From Balneolia bacterium (GTDB taxonomy: Bacteria > Bacteroidota > Rhodothermia > Balneolales > Cyclonatronaceae): DNA of 42,512 bases. Under the pieces are notes generated by a model, which did not search any database, was not told the DNA's origin, and saw only the letters and a list, made by a program, of their open reading frames with translations. Of the stretch, positions 25,385 to 35,410 are shown piece by piece; positions within the stretch are counted from its first letter, which is position 1, and each line of letters starts with the position of its first letter. Position numbers and translations under genes: made by a program. Location: the NCBI GenBank assembly GCA_003567135.1, contig PXAI01000332.1, positions 1-42,512 of the forward strand, given 5' to 3'.

Positions 25385-27172
25385 TTACTTTATCTCAATA
25401 TGGTACGGCATAATCGCCCAGGCGCCGGGGCGGTTTTGGGATACGGATCTGGCCAGAAACTCAATTTCATCCTGATAGGGCAGGCTGTAGCCGAGCATAT
25501 TTCGGGCGCTGACCTGTGAACTTGCGGTAAGTGACTCGATCAGGGTTTGCTGTCTTGGGTACCGCGTTACGGCCCATCTGTCGATACCTGCGAGTTCGGC
25601 TGCTGCAGCAACGGCATCACTCAATCCGCCAACTGCGTCGGTCAGGCCGGCTTCATACGCGTCTTCGCCGCTCCATACGCGGCCCTGTGCCAGCGCGTGT
25701 ACTTCATCGTAGGTCATTTCGCGGCTGTCGGCAACCCGGTTTACAAACTGCTCATAAGCTTCAGAAATGAAGCGGTCGAAGCGTGTTCGCTGTGCCGGCG
25801 TTAGTTCGGTGGATGGATCAAACCACCCCGCATTTTCGTGGATTTGGATTTCATCGAACGTGAGGCCGATGCGGTCATTCAAAAGATCCGTTGCGGTAAA
25901 GCGCGTGCCAATAACTCCGATTGAACCGGTTATGGTGGTGCGCTCAGCAAATATCTTTTCAGCGCCCATGCTGATATAATATCCGCCGGATGCCGCCACA
26001 TTACCCATGGAGGCCACAACAGGCTTTTTCTCGCGCGCATCACGAATCATTTCCCAGATGACATCAGACGTGGAAGCTGCCCCGCCCGGACTGCTGATCC
26101 GGATTACAATCGCCTTAACGTTGTCGTTATCAAGAGCCGCTTCAAGTGAACGCCCGAACTTGCGAGCATTGATTCCGGAATCACCGTCGAATGGGCCTTC
26201 TGCGCCTGCTGACGGTAAAATGACGCCATCCATGTAAATGATGGCAATCTGATCTGACGGCGCCCGGTCAAGTCCGGCAGTACGGTTGCTCACGCGGCTA
26301 TATCGGCGGTTTGGTACGAGCGACAAACTGCGGTCATCATCAATTTCAAGCTGTGTTTTGATCCGGTTTTTAAGATTATCAAATGAGATGAGCTCATCGA
26401 CGAGTCCCATCTCAACGTACGACTCAATCGCCAGAACTGGCTGATTGTTGAGTATCTCCCGCACTTCGGCCATGCTCATGTTGTTGCGCTCAGCAATCGC
26501 TTCCTCCAGCTCCGCGGCCACATCGTTCATAATAGCCGTTAGCTGCTCGCGGTCTGCATCAGAAAAACGATCTCTGATGAATGGATCACCGGCCGTTTTA
26601 TACACGCCTTCATTGCTGATATACGCCTCAACGCCAATCTTATCCAGCAGATTTCTGAAAAACACGCCCTGAATCCGAAGCCCGTCAAGCTGCAGATAGG
26701 TCATAGGCGGCGCAAAAATGGAATCTGCTGCGGTAGCCAGATAATATCCGCCTTCATTCATACCGATATCGTTTGTGGTGGCATACACAAACTTGCCTGA
26801 TTCCTTTTTGAAACTTTTTATCATGCGGCGCATCTCCTGAAGGTGAGCCCATGGAGTTTGAAGGAAGTCAATTTCCAGAAGCACGCCGTCAATCCGGTCG
26901 TCAACCGCTGCTTTTCTCAGATTGTTTTCAAGCGATTCAAGCGTGGCAAATGCAGGACCCTGTGGTGCAAAAATTTCTTCAAACGGATCTGAAGAATCGC
27001 GTTCACCGACGTTAGCGGTCAGGTGAATATGAAGCACGCTGTTATCTCTGATAAACGGCTCAGAATCGCCAGAGGTGGCGACAATCAGCACAAAGAAAAA
27101 CATGAAAATGAGAAACAGCGCCAGAATAAAGCCAACGAGAGACGCAAGGGCGTTTTTAATAAAATCGAGCAT
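25385..27172 (-). CDS. sppA: Signal peptide peptidase SppA, 67K type
   Basis: N-terminal TM segment and two ClpP/crotonase-like halves. The C-terminal half carries AASGGYY and TGSIGV, matching S49 motifs. Length is 595 aa. Confidence 0.9.
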   Translation of the reverse strand: MLDFIKNALASLVGFILALFLIFMFFFVLIVATSGDSEPFIRDNSVLHIHLTANVGERDSSDPFEEIFAPQGPAFATLESLENNLRKAAVDDRIDGVLLEIDFLQTPWAHLQEMRRMIKSFKKESGKFVYATTNDIGMNEGGYYLATAADSIFAPPMTYLQLDGLRIQGVFFRNLLDKIGVEAYISNEGVYKTAGDPFIRDRFSDADREQLTAIMNDVAAELEEAIAERNNMSMAEVREILNNQPVLAIESYVEMGLVDELISFDNLKNRIKTQLEIDDDRSLSLVPNRRYSRVSNRTAGLDRAPSDQIAIIYMDGVILPSAGAEGPFDGDSGINARKFGRSLEAALDNDNVKAIVIRISSPGGAASTSDVIWEMIRDAREKKPVVASMGNVAASGGYYISMGAEKIFAERTTITGSIGVIGTRFTATDLLNDRIGLTFDEIQIHENAGWFDPSTELTPAQRTRFDRFISEAYEQFVNRVADSREMTYDEVHALAQGRVWSGEDAYEAGLTDAVGGLSDAVAAAAELAGIDRWAVTRYPRQQTLIESLTASSQVSARNMLGYSLPYQDEIEFLARSVSQNRPGAWAIMPYHIEIK

Positions 27173-27381
27173 GGCTGAGGAAAAGGTTTGGTTTTATGAT
27201 TGGTCAAAAAAACGGTATCGGAACACCGGCGTTTTTCTTTTACAGGATTACGCCGGAAATGTTACAAATCATCTGAAAATACGGTATTTCAGTTTAAAAA
27301 AATCAGGAATGAAGTAGATTCGGGAGATGTTTCCGAAAGACGTATCTTCTTTTTTAATCCCGAAGCATTATTCCATAATTC

Positions 27382-28983
27382 ATGCCTGAAATTTTTGATG
27401 CCATCGTCGTTGGTTCCGGCCATAACGGGCTTACCTGCGCGTGTTATCTGGCCAAAGCGGGCCACAAAGTTCTTGTTCTTGAGTCACGCGATACCATAGG
27501 CGGAGCGGTTTGTACGGAAACCATGTTTAAGTCGGATCAGTACCCGGGCGGTTTCCGGATGGATGTCGGATCGTCGGCGCATTTCATGATTCATCAGACG
27601 CCCGTTATCAAGGATCTGAACCTGGAAAAATACGGCCTGGAATATATTGAGATGGATCCGTTCATGTCGTTTCCGGTTCCCGGTCAGCAAAAAGTAATAC
27701 ACTTTTTCAGGGATATCGAAAAAACGATCGAATCGATTGCGCAGGTTTCCCCGCAGGACGCCGTGCGATACCGGGAATTCATCGCATTCTGGAAGAAGAT
27801 CAACAAGGGTGTACTGAAAACGTTTCTGGTGCCGCCAACTTCGGGGAACATTATCAGGGAAATGGCTATAGGGCAGATGCGCGACGGATCGATGTTTGGG
27901 AAAGGCGGTCAGATGGATGGCCTCCGGCAGATTTTCAGCAGCTACGAGCAGGTGGTTAACGAGTATTTCGAAAATGAATCGGTGCGAACCGCGCTTAACT
28001 GGATGGCTGCTCAGTCGGGTCCGCCGCCGGATCAGACGGCTACCGGCGATTTTGTGGGATGGCAGGCAATGCTGCATGAAAGCGGCGGCAAACGGCCGCG
28101 TGGCGGGAGCGGAATGCTCACTCAGGCGATGGCGGCCATGCTTCGCGATCACGGCGGCGAGGTGAAGGCGAACAGTCCGGTCGGGAAAATTCTGGTTTCA
28201 GGCGGGAAGGCCGTGGGCGTCAAACTGGCCAACGGTGATGAATACCGGTCGAAAGTGGTGATTTCCAACGCGCACGTGCAAACGACTATGCTGAAGCTCG
28301 TTGGGAAAGAGCACATCAGCCCGGAGCTGCTGCACCGTGTGAAATCGATAAATGTGGGCAACGGTTTCGGAATGGTGATTCGCTGTGCGGTAAAGGAGCT
28401 GCCCAAATACACAAGCTGCCCCGACGACGAACACGTGCACAACGGCTTGCAGATGCTGTGCCCGGATATGAAGTATATGAAGCGCGCCATCGGCGATTAT
28501 ATGAAGGGCGATCCGCCTGAAAAACCGGCCGTAGTGGCCATGACGTTCTCAAAAATCGATCCGGACCTTTGTCCTGACGGCACACACACGCTTTTTGCAT
28601 GGGCGCAGTGGCATCCGTATGAACTGCGCGACGGCCTCAGCTGGGATGCAATCCGCGAACGTGAAGCACAGAAAATTTATGACGTCGTTTGTGATTATGC
28701 CCCGAATATGAAGGGCAAGCTGATCGACTGGTACATCCAGACCCCGCTGGATATTGAGCGGAAACACGGTCTGCTGAAAGGAAACGTGATGCACGTGGAG
28801 ATGACGCTCGATCAGATGTTCATGTTCAGGCCAACTCCCGAAATGAGCGCGTACGAGACGCCGGTTGAGAATCTGTATCTGTCCAGCGCGTCGTGTCATC
28901 CGGGAGGAGGCGTTTTTGCCGCTGCCGGACATAACGCGGCCGGTGTGGTGCTCAAACATCTCAAAAAGAAAAAATGGTTCTGA
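27382..28983 (+). CDS. FAD/NAD(P)-dependent oxidoreductase, phytoene desaturase (CrtI)-related family
   Basis: N-terminal Rossmann motif DAIVVGSGHNGLTCACYLAKAGHKVLVLE.RDTIGG and C-terminal ...HPGGGV.AAGHNAA. No other carotenoid genes are nearby, so the substrate is unknown. Confidence 0.85.
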   Translation: MPEIFDAIVVGSGHNGLTCACYLAKAGHKVLVLESRDTIGGAVCTETMFKSDQYPGGFRMDVGSSAHFMIHQTPVIKDLNLEKYGLEYIEMDPFMSFPVPGQQKVIHFFRDIEKTIESIAQVSPQDAVRYREFIAFWKKINKGVLKTFLVPPTSGNIIREMAIGQMRDGSMFGKGGQMDGLRQIFSSYEQVVNEYFENESVRTALNWMAAQSGPPPDQTATGDFVGWQAMLHESGGKRPRGGSGMLTQAMAAMLRDHGGEVKANSPVGKILVSGGKAVGVKLANGDEYRSKVVISNAHVQTTMLKLVGKEHISPELLHRVKSINVGNGFGMVIRCAVKELPKYTSCPDDEHVHNGLQMLCPDMKYMKRAIGDYMKGDPPEKPAVVAMTFSKIDPDLCPDGTHTLFAWAQWHPYELRDGLSWDAIREREAQKIYDVVCDYAPNMKGKLIDWYIQTPLDIERKHGLLKGNVMHVEMTLDQMFMFRPTPEMSAYETPVENLYLSSASCHPGGGVFAAAGHNAAGVVLKHLKKKKWF

Positions 28984-28990
28984 TCCGGCT

Positions 28991-30073
28991 ATGTCAAAAC
29001 GCTTGATTGAGTATAAAGGCGGCCAGCTCCATTTCAACGGGCTACGGCTTTCCGTCGATCCGCTGCTGCCGGTCGTCATCCTGATTATGGCCTGGGTACT
29101 CAGCGAGCGTTATTATCCGGGAACGCTGTATCTCGAATCTTCCCTCGAATACTGGCTTTTGGGGGGATTTACCGCACTTTTCATCACCGTCTCGATCGTG
29201 ATTCATGAAATTGGCCACAGCGTGATGGCAACCTGGCTTAAAATCCCGATTGAGCGCGTGCATCTTTATCTCTTTGGCGGAATGGCAGAACTGAAATACC
29301 GTCCTCAGCGTCCGGTGGAGGAGTTTTTTATCGCTCTTGCCGGCCCGGCTGCATCGTTTACGCTGGCGCTGTTTTCGTATTTTTGCTACGCCGTTCTGCT
29401 CTCGCCGGATTATCTGATATACTACTTTTTCCAGTTTCTGGCGCTCATCAACCTGCTTATTACGCTGTTTAATTTACTGCCGATTTTTCCACTCGACGGA
29501 GGCCGGATCGTACGCGCCGTGATCTGGAAACTGAAGAAGAATTACATCAAAGCCTCCTCACTCACACATAAAGGCGCCAGAATATTCATCGCATTTCTGC
29601 TGATTATGACGCTCATCGACTATTTTATTTATGACTCGGGGTACGCGTTTGTAGTTGGGATTCTGGCGCTTTATATGATGTACACGCACCACAACGGCCG
29701 CGGCGAGCTGAAGTACGAACCTGAGCTCGACGACCTGATTTACATTGACAGTGAGATCAAAAGCACGGATCTTCTGATTGACTTTTTGCAGAGCGAAAAT
29801 GAGATCGTGATTGCTGATGCGATCATTCCTGTAATTGAGGATGCGCAAATCAGCCGGGTTATCGACGGTGTGCGCATTAACGGCGCCAGACCTGAAGATG
29901 GTCCCGACAGTCTGCGCGAGATGACGTCCGGAGATTATATTGACCCGCTTGATCAGGCGACCTTCGATATCAGGGTGAGATACCGCGCCGGATGGGTTCC
30001 CGTCATTCAGGACGGCGAATTTGTCGGGATGTGTGATGCCCGTGAAATGCGGTTTTGGCTGCTGCAAAAATGA
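28991..30073 (+). CDS. Site-2 protease family (M50) membrane metalloprotease with a C-terminal CBS-like region
   Basis: HEIGHSVMA in a TM helix, and NLLPIFPLDGGRI (the second M50 motif). The C-terminal soluble part, ...IPVIEDAQISRVID...GWVPVIQDGEFVGMCD, resembles CBS. The track ORF from 28865 overlaps the upstream gene; ATG 28991 is preferred. Confidence 0.85.
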   Translation: MSKRLIEYKGGQLHFNGLRLSVDPLLPVVILIMAWVLSERYYPGTLYLESSLEYWLLGGFTALFITVSIVIHEIGHSVMATWLKIPIERVHLYLFGGMAELKYRPQRPVEEFFIALAGPAASFTLALFSYFCYAVLLSPDYLIYYFFQFLALINLLITLFNLLPIFPLDGGRIVRAVIWKLKKNYIKASSLTHKGARIFIAFLLIMTLIDYFIYDSGYAFVVGILALYMMYTHHNGRGELKYEPELDDLIYIDSEIKSTDLLIDFLQSENEIVIADAIIPVIEDAQISRVIDGVRINGARPEDGPDSLREMTSGDYIDPLDQATFDIRVRYRAGWVPVIQDGEFVGMCDAREMRFWLLQK

Positions 30074-30099
30074 TTTTTGAATAAAAAATAACTTCAGGA

Positions 30100-30153
30100 A
30101 GCGCAGCCCTGTGGTAGAGACGCAATGCATTGCGTCTCTACCACAGGGCTGCG
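30100..30153. repeat. Perfect 54-bp palindrome GCGCAGCCCTGTGGTAGAGACGCAATG|CATTGCGTCTCTACCACAGGGCTGCGC
   Basis: Read directly; there are no mismatches. It sits between the M50 protease stop (26 nt upstream) and the alr start (53 nt downstream). Its core GTAGAGAC...GTCTCTAC resembles the palindrome at 21418-21449. Confidence 0.95.
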
Positions 30154-30206
30154 CGGGACGCTTTTCTGACAAAAGAATTTTTTTGAATAATCGGGACTAA
30201 ACCAAC

Positions 30207-31289
30207 ATGCATACCCAGTTCATACCCAAAAACAGCTCGACCTCCCGCATCGAAATTTCGCGTGAAAACCTGAGGCACAATCTGAAGGTGCTCGCGCATA
30301 AAGCCGGTTATGGCGTCAGGCGTATGGCCGTCGTAAAGGCGAATGCCTACGGGCATGGTACGGAGCTGATTTTGCCTGAAATCAGCGGTGAATGCGACTG
30401 GTTCGGGGTTGCTTCGCTGGAGGAAGGCATTGAGGTCAGATCAATGGGGATTGAGATTCCGGTGTTGGTTTTTGCGCCGGTGAAGGCAGGTTTGCTCGAT
30501 AAGTACCGTGAATTCAGCCTGACCGCGACAGCCGGTTCCATTGAAGAAGTGCAGATGGTGAATTCCGGTACACCGTTTCATCTTGAGTTTGATACGGGGA
30601 TGGGAAGGCTCGGGCTTTATGAGGAGCAAATCCCGGAAATAATTTCCATTCTGGATCAGAAAAACCTGATCCCGTCCGGGCTGATGACGCACTTCTCGAT
30701 GGCTGATCAGCCGGACTCATCCTACACAAAAAATCAGCTGAAAACCTGGAACCGAATTCTGGATCAGCTGCCGGATTCGTGGAAAAAAGGGCTGATTCAC
30801 GCGGCCAATTCAGGTGGTTTGATTCATTATCCGGAAAGCCGCTTCAGTATGGTTCGTCACGGTATTGCGCTGTACGGATACAGTCCGGATGGCGATGAAT
30901 CAGAGCTTAAGCCGGTGCTAAGCTGGAAATCGGAGGTGGTGTCGTGTAAGTTTTTCCGGAAGGGGATGCGGGTCAGCTACGAAGGGGCCTGGACGGCTGA
31001 AAAAGACGGCTGGCTGATCGTTATTCCGGCTGGATATGCGGACGGGATTCCGCGGCAGCTCAGCAATAAAATCGAGCTTTTTGCCGACGGGCGCCGGATC
31101 AAACAGGTAGGAAACGTAACGATGGATTACATCATGGCGTTTTCTGATGTGCCGCTGGTCGCTGGAACGGAAGTGGAGCTATTTGGCCCGAACAGTATGA
31201 ATGCCAACCACTGGGCGGAAAAATCGGGCACAATATCCTACGCGATTTTATGCGGAATTCACCCGAAAATTGAGAGAGAGCTGGTCTGA
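30207..31289 (+). CDS. alr: Alanine racemase
   Basis: PLP-lysine motif VVKANAYGHG plus a typical N-terminal TIM barrel and C-terminal beta domain (..VSYG......IPAGYADG..R). Length is 360 aa. Confidence 0.95.
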   Translation: MHTQFIPKNSSTSRIEISRENLRHNLKVLAHKAGYGVRRMAVVKANAYGHGTELILPEISGECDWFGVASLEEGIEVRSMGIEIPVLVFAPVKAGLLDKYREFSLTATAGSIEEVQMVNSGTPFHLEFDTGMGRLGLYEEQIPEIISILDQKNLIPSGLMTHFSMADQPDSSYTKNQLKTWNRILDQLPDSWKKGLIHAANSGGLIHYPESRFSMVRHGIALYGYSPDGDESELKPVLSWKSEVVSCKFFRKGMRVSYEGAWTAEKDGWLIVIPAGYADGIPRQLSNKIELFADGRRIKQVGNVTMDYIMAFSDVPLVAGTEVELFGPNSMNANHWAEKSGTISYAILCGIHPKIERELV

Positions 31290-31301
31290 ATTATCTTCGG
31301 A

Positions 31302-31763
31302 TCAGTCCAGAATATCAATCAGTTCGATATCGTAGCGAAGCGTGTCATCCCGCTGATGTAAAGCCGGCGGAAGCAGTGCAGCACGAACGCCACCCTGATT
31401 CATCCCGGTAACGATCTGGCGAAAGGTTGGAGAGCGGTTCTCAAGGCTTACGACAATGGGATTGGGATTCGCGTTGGCATAAGAACTTTCCAGCGCCTGG
31501 CCGTTGCCACTGTTAGCCCACACGGAGTAGTACATGCGTCCCTGATCTCTCTCAATAATCCCGCCAAAATCTTCATCGCCGATTTCTACATCGAAAATGA
31601 GGGTTCCGTTGGGAAGCGTATCAGGAACAATTCCTGTGATATCGACAGGATCGGGAACAAGGCTAAAATCCGTACCACGGAAGCGGTCATCTTCGCATCC
31701 GGCGAGGATCAGCAGGGTTACAAAAAGAATGGTTAAAAGAAAAAGGCGAAAGGTCGATAGCAT
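31302..31763 (-). CDS. Small lipoprotein with a divergent FKBP-like fold signature
   Basis: Lipobox LILAGC. FRQIVTGMNQGGVRAALLPPAL....TLRYDIELIDI resembles the FKBP pattern (GM..GG.R.L.IPP.L.....L.F.VEL..I) but is degenerate. Confidence 0.55.
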   Translation of the reverse strand: MLSTFRLFLLTILFVTLLILAGCEDDRFRGTDFSLVPDPVDITGIVPDTLPNGTLIFDVEIGDEDFGGIIERDQGRMYYSVWANSGNGQALESSYANANPNPIVVSLENRSPTFRQIVTGMNQGGVRAALLPPALHQRDDTLRYDIELIDILD

Positions 31764-31867
31764 TGTCGGAGCTGTAATTGTGGTTTTATGAAGACTTATA
31801 AGATACGAAAATATTGACGGAAGATTGTGCAGTGCAATCAGAAAATCGTGAATGCCGGAATGGCGGG

Positions 31868-33184
31868 TCAGATTTTGCCGGTAATTTCCCCGAACAGATC
31901 GAAAGCCTCAACGTCGGTTACGCGTGCGCGGTAAAATTCTCCGGTTTGGAGTGAGCTAACGTCAAATCCGTTTTCGGCTGACTGAATGATGAATTCGTTA
32001 TCCACTTCGGGGCAGTCGTATTCCGTGCGGCCGTAGGCGATGCCGTCCTCAATCCGGTCGATCAGAACGGGCATTTCTTTATCCATCAGCGCCATATTGT
32101 GATCCATGGAAATATCTTCCTGGTCGGACATGATCTGGCGAATGCGGCGCATTTTCTCTTTTTCCGTTACCGGATTTCCAAGCGGGAACGCGGTCGTGTC
32201 ATCTTCCTGCGAGTACGGGAACACGCCCAGACGATCAAAACGAACATCGCGGATAAAATCCCGCATCGACTCAAAATGCTCCAACGTTTCGTTCGGATAA
32301 CCAATAATAAGCGTGGTACGCATTCTGATCCCCGGTACTTCGTCGCGGATCAGCTGAATCAGATCCCGCAGTCGATTTTCGGTAACGCCGCGCCGCATGG
32401 ATTTCAGCACTTCGGTATTGGTATGCTGAATCGGCATATCGAGGTAGTTGCAGATATTCTCCCGCTCGCGGATTACGGACAGAATCTGAACCGGAAACTT
32501 TGCCGGATAGGCGTAAAGCAGCCTGATCCACTCGAAGCCCACATCGCTGAGGCGCTTTAGCAGTTCGTCCAGTTTTCGCTCGCCGTACTGATCGAGGCCA
32601 TAGTACGTGAGATCCTGACCGATCAGAATAAGTTCTTTCACGCCGTTTACACGCAGTTTGATCGCTTCCTGCACGAGTTCATCCATCGAGCGGGAAACGT
32701 GGCCGCCGCGCATAATCGGGATTGCGCAGAATGAACACGGGTTATCGCATCCTTCCGAAATCTTCATATACGCGAAGTGCGGAGGCGTGGAAAGATCGCG
32801 TTCACCAATCAGATTGTACTTGAATTCGCCGCCCAGTTCTTTCAGTATTTCAGGGAGATGGTTGCTCCCGAAATATCGGTCCACCTCGGGAATTTCATTG
32901 GCGAGGTCGTCGGCATAGCGCTGTGAAAGGCATCCCATAACCAGCAGTTTCTGGATTTTGCCCGATTGCTTCAAATCGGCCGCCTGCAAAATGTGTTCGA
33001 TAGACTCTTCTTTCGCCGATTCAATAAATCCGCAGGTGTTGATAACGACTACGTCGGATGACGTGGGCTGATCTGCGATGGTAAAGGCGTTTGCGCGGCA
33101 TTGGGCCAGCAAAACCTCGGAATCCACCTGATTTTTGGAGCAGCCAAGCGTGTGGACGTAAACACTGGGAACTTTCGTTTTCAT
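31868..33184 (-). CDS. rimO: Ribosomal protein S12 methylthiotransferase RimO
   Basis: MTTase N-domain cysteines (LGCSKNQVDSE, INTCGFI, GCL), radical-SAM CDNPCSFCAIP, a C-terminal TRAM-like end, and RimO-typical length (438 aa). Confidence 0.85.
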   Translation of the reverse strand: MKTKVPSVYVHTLGCSKNQVDSEVLLAQCRANAFTIADQPTSSDVVVINTCGFIESAKEESIEHILQAADLKQSGKIQKLLVMGCLSQRYADDLANEIPEVDRYFGSNHLPEILKELGGEFKYNLIGERDLSTPPHFAYMKISEGCDNPCSFCAIPIMRGGHVSRSMDELVQEAIKLRVNGVKELILIGQDLTYYGLDQYGERKLDELLKRLSDVGFEWIRLLYAYPAKFPVQILSVIRERENICNYLDMPIQHTNTEVLKSMRRGVTENRLRDLIQLIRDEVPGIRMRTTLIIGYPNETLEHFESMRDFIRDVRFDRLGVFPYSQEDDTTAFPLGNPVTEKEKMRRIRQIMSDQEDISMDHNMALMDKEMPVLIDRIEDGIAYGRTEYDCPEVDNEFIIQSAENGFDVSSLQTGEFYRARVTDVEAFDLFGEITGKI

Positions 33185-33213
33185 GAAATTACGGAGTAAT
33201 GTTGATCGGTGAG

Positions 33214-34077
33214 TTATTCGGCTGTTTTGCCCGGTGCGCCTTCTGATCCCCAGATTTCGCGGTTACGTTTCCGGTTAACCACGCGGGAGATATAGATACC
33301 GAACTGGTAAAGCAGGATCAACGGGATGGCGATGAGCATCTGCGAAATCGGATCAGGCGGGGTGATGAATGCGGAAACCACAAAGCAGAGTACAATCGCG
33401 ATCCGGCGGTATTTGATCATAAATTCGGGCGTCAGAATCCCGATTTTTGACAGCGTGTAGCTGATCATCGGGAGCTGGAAAATTATACCGCAGGCCAGTA
33501 CCCAGGTCGTTACGGCCGAGAAATAGGCGTTGATATCAATGTCGTTTCGCACAGCATCGCTGATCTGAAACGTGGCGAAAAACTGTACGGCAAACGGCAC
33601 AAGAACCAGATAACCGAACGCAACGCCCATGAGGAAGAGAATGATTATAAAAAATACGGTGAATCCGGTCTGTTTTTTCTCCGATGTTTGCAGTGCCGGT
33701 TCGATAAAGGCGTAAATCTGATAAATAAACAGCGGTGATCCGATGATAAACCCAACGACAATCAGCGTGCCGAAATAGGTAAAAAACTGTCCGGGAAGGC
33801 GCCTGTTCTGCAGTACAAGATCAACCGCTTCGATGCCGACCAGCCGGTAGACGAAAAAGTCGGAGTAGGCGGGCCCGAGCAGGACTTTTTCGATGATGAA
33901 ATTCGAAAAAATAAAAGCGGTGATCATTCCGATCACCACGCCGATGAGCCCTTTTATGATGCGCCACCGGAACTCCTCAAGGTGATCCAGAAACGGCATT
34001 TCATCCGTGTTAATCCGGGGAGATTCTGCCTTCGGGAGTTCCCGATCCATAGTTTGACGCTGGGAAGTGGTTGACAC
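33214..34077 (-). CDS. tatC: Twin-arginine translocase subunit TatC
   Basis: MPFLDHLEEFRWRIIK is the TatC N-terminal signature. Six TM segments. Length is 287 aa. Confidence 0.95.
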   Translation of the reverse strand: MSTTSQRQTMDRELPKAESPRINTDEMPFLDHLEEFRWRIIKGLIGVVIGMITAFIFSNFIIEKVLLGPAYSDFFVYRLVGIEAVDLVLQNRRLPGQFFTYFGTLIVVGFIIGSPLFIYQIYAFIEPALQTSEKKQTGFTVFFIIILFLMGVAFGYLVLVPFAVQFFATFQISDAVRNDIDINAYFSAVTTWVLACGIIFQLPMISYTLSKIGILTPEFMIKYRRIAIVLCFVVSAFITPPDPISQMLIAIPLILLYQFGIYISRVVNRKRNREIWGSEGAPGKTAE

Positions 34078-34083
34078 AGTTTA

Positions 34084-35388
34084 TCAGATCGTTACAAAAT
34101 CGTAGAGAGGAAACCGTTCGCACAGCGCTTTTACATCGCGGATGACCTGCTCCTGTAGGTCTGTGTCCTCTGGTTTGGAAAGAACCTTGTCCATCAGTTC
34201 CACGATGTAGCCAAACTCATCTGGCCCCATTCCGCGGGTGGTCATGGCCGGTGTTCCGATCCGGATTCCGGAGGTTACAAACGGGCTTTGGGTATCGAAC
34301 GGCACCATATTTTTATTTACGGTGATTTCTGCATTTCCAAGCGCGTTTTCTGCAATTTTACCGGTCAGGTTTTTATTGCGCAGGTCAACCAGAACGAGGT
34401 GATTATCGGTGCCACCGCTGACTACTTTATAACCGAGCTCGGTAAAGCGGTTCGCCATAGCTTTGGCGTTGTCGATCACTTTTTTCTGGTAGGACACAAA
34501 CTCAGGACGCAGCGCTTCGCCGAACGCAACTGCTTTTGCGGCAATAACGTGCATCAGCGGGCCGCCCTGCGTGCCGGGGAATACGGCGCCGTCGAGCAGT
34601 TCGCTCCACATTTTTACGCGACCGGATTTCGGGGCTACTTTCCCGAGTGAATTTTCGGAGTCGCGACCTTTCAAAATGATACCACCACGTGGCCCGCGCA
34701 GCGTTTTGTGTGTGGTTGAGGTAACCACATCACACCAGGGGAGCGGATCGTTGAGCAGTTTTGCGGCGATCAGGCCGGCGGTGTGCGCCATATCCATCCA
34801 GAGGAATGCGCCAACCTCATCGGCGATTTCGCGGAACGCTTCGTAATCAATATCCCGCGGATACGCCGAGGCGCCAATGCTGATCATCTTTGGATTCACC
34901 TCTTTCGCCTTTTCGCGAATCCGGTTCATATCCAGCTTGCCGGTTTCTTTTTCCACGCCGTAAAAATGCGCGTCGTACAGAATCCCGCTGAAGTTAACGG
35001 GTGAACCGTGCGTGAGGTGGCCGCCATGCGAGAGATCGAACCCCAGAAGCTTGTCGCCGGGATTCATAAACGTGAGATAAACAGCCGCATTTGCCTGTGC
35101 GCCCGAGTGGGGCTGAACGTTTGCCCAGTCGGCACCAAAAAGCTGCTTCAGGCGATCACGGGCGATATCCTCAACAACATCTACAAATTTACAGCCGCCG
35201 TAGTAGCGTTTTCCGGGAAGGCCTTCAGCATACTTGTTCGTAAGCGTGCTGCCCATCGCTTCCATCACCGCTTTTGATGCGAAATTCTCGGAAGCAATCA
35301 GTTCCACGTTGTGATTCTGACGCTCGGTTTCCTTTTCAATAAGGTTGAAAACTTCCGGATCCTGAATATTGAGTCTGTTGTTGATCAT
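34084..35388 (-). CDS. glyA: Serine hydroxymethyltransferase
   Basis: [30 protein letters not shown], and [12 protein letters not shown] (the PLP lysine motif). Confidence 0.97.
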   Translation of the reverse strand: MINNRLNIQDPEVFNLIEKETERQNHNVELIASENFASKAVMEAMGSTLTNKYAEGLPGKRYYGGCKFVDVVEDIARDRLKQLFGADWANVQPHSGAQANAAVYLTFMNPGDKLLGFDLSHGGHLTHGSPVNFSGILYDAHFYGVEKETGKLDMNRIREKAKEVNPKMISIGASAYPRDIDYEAFREIADEVGAFLWMDMAHTAGLIAAKLLNDPLPWCDVVTSTTHKTLRGPRGGIILKGRDSENSLGKVAPKSGRVKMWSELLDGAVFPGTQGGPLMHVIAAKAVAFGEALRPEFVSYQKKVIDNAKAMANRFTELGYKVVSGGTDNHLVLVDLRNKNLTGKIAENALGNAEITVNKNMVPFDTQSPFVTSGIRIGTPAMTTRGMGPDEFGYIVELMDKVLSKPEDTDLQEQVIRDVKALCERFPLYDFVTI

Positions 35389-35410
35389 GGTGAGTCAGTA
35401 ATTTCTGAGT

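Noticed and set aside
24724-25519. ORFs crossing the tandem-repeat region (24724-24957 minus, 24873-25142 plus, 25100-25519 plus, 25156-25413 plus). This includes two small basic minus-strand peptides that start after GGAG-like sequences (MKKRQRRHRNPG... and MTKRKRGHRNPG...).
   Set aside because: Similarity between the two repeat units persists at nucleotide level through an indel that shifts the frame. The peptide similarity ends after about 12 residues, and the substitutions are not biased to synonymous sites. This looks like an RNA/DNA-level element, not genes.
27205-27240. A-run / imperfect hairpin / T-run (aaaaaaacggtatcggaacaccggcgtttttctttt) resembling a bidirectional terminator in the sppA / oxidoreductase divergent region.
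   Set aside because: The stem is only 3-4 bp segments with mismatches. Its position between divergent starts makes a terminator role unlikely, and the support is insufficient.
87-28990. Upstream-extended starts in the ORF track (87, 1279, 10546, 12018 and 28865).
   Set aside because: These extensions overlap upstream genes or use TTG/other codons ahead of an in-frame ATG. That ATG gives a proper signal peptide or stop-start coupling, so I preferred the internal ATGs at 105, 1429, 10561, 12027 and 28991.
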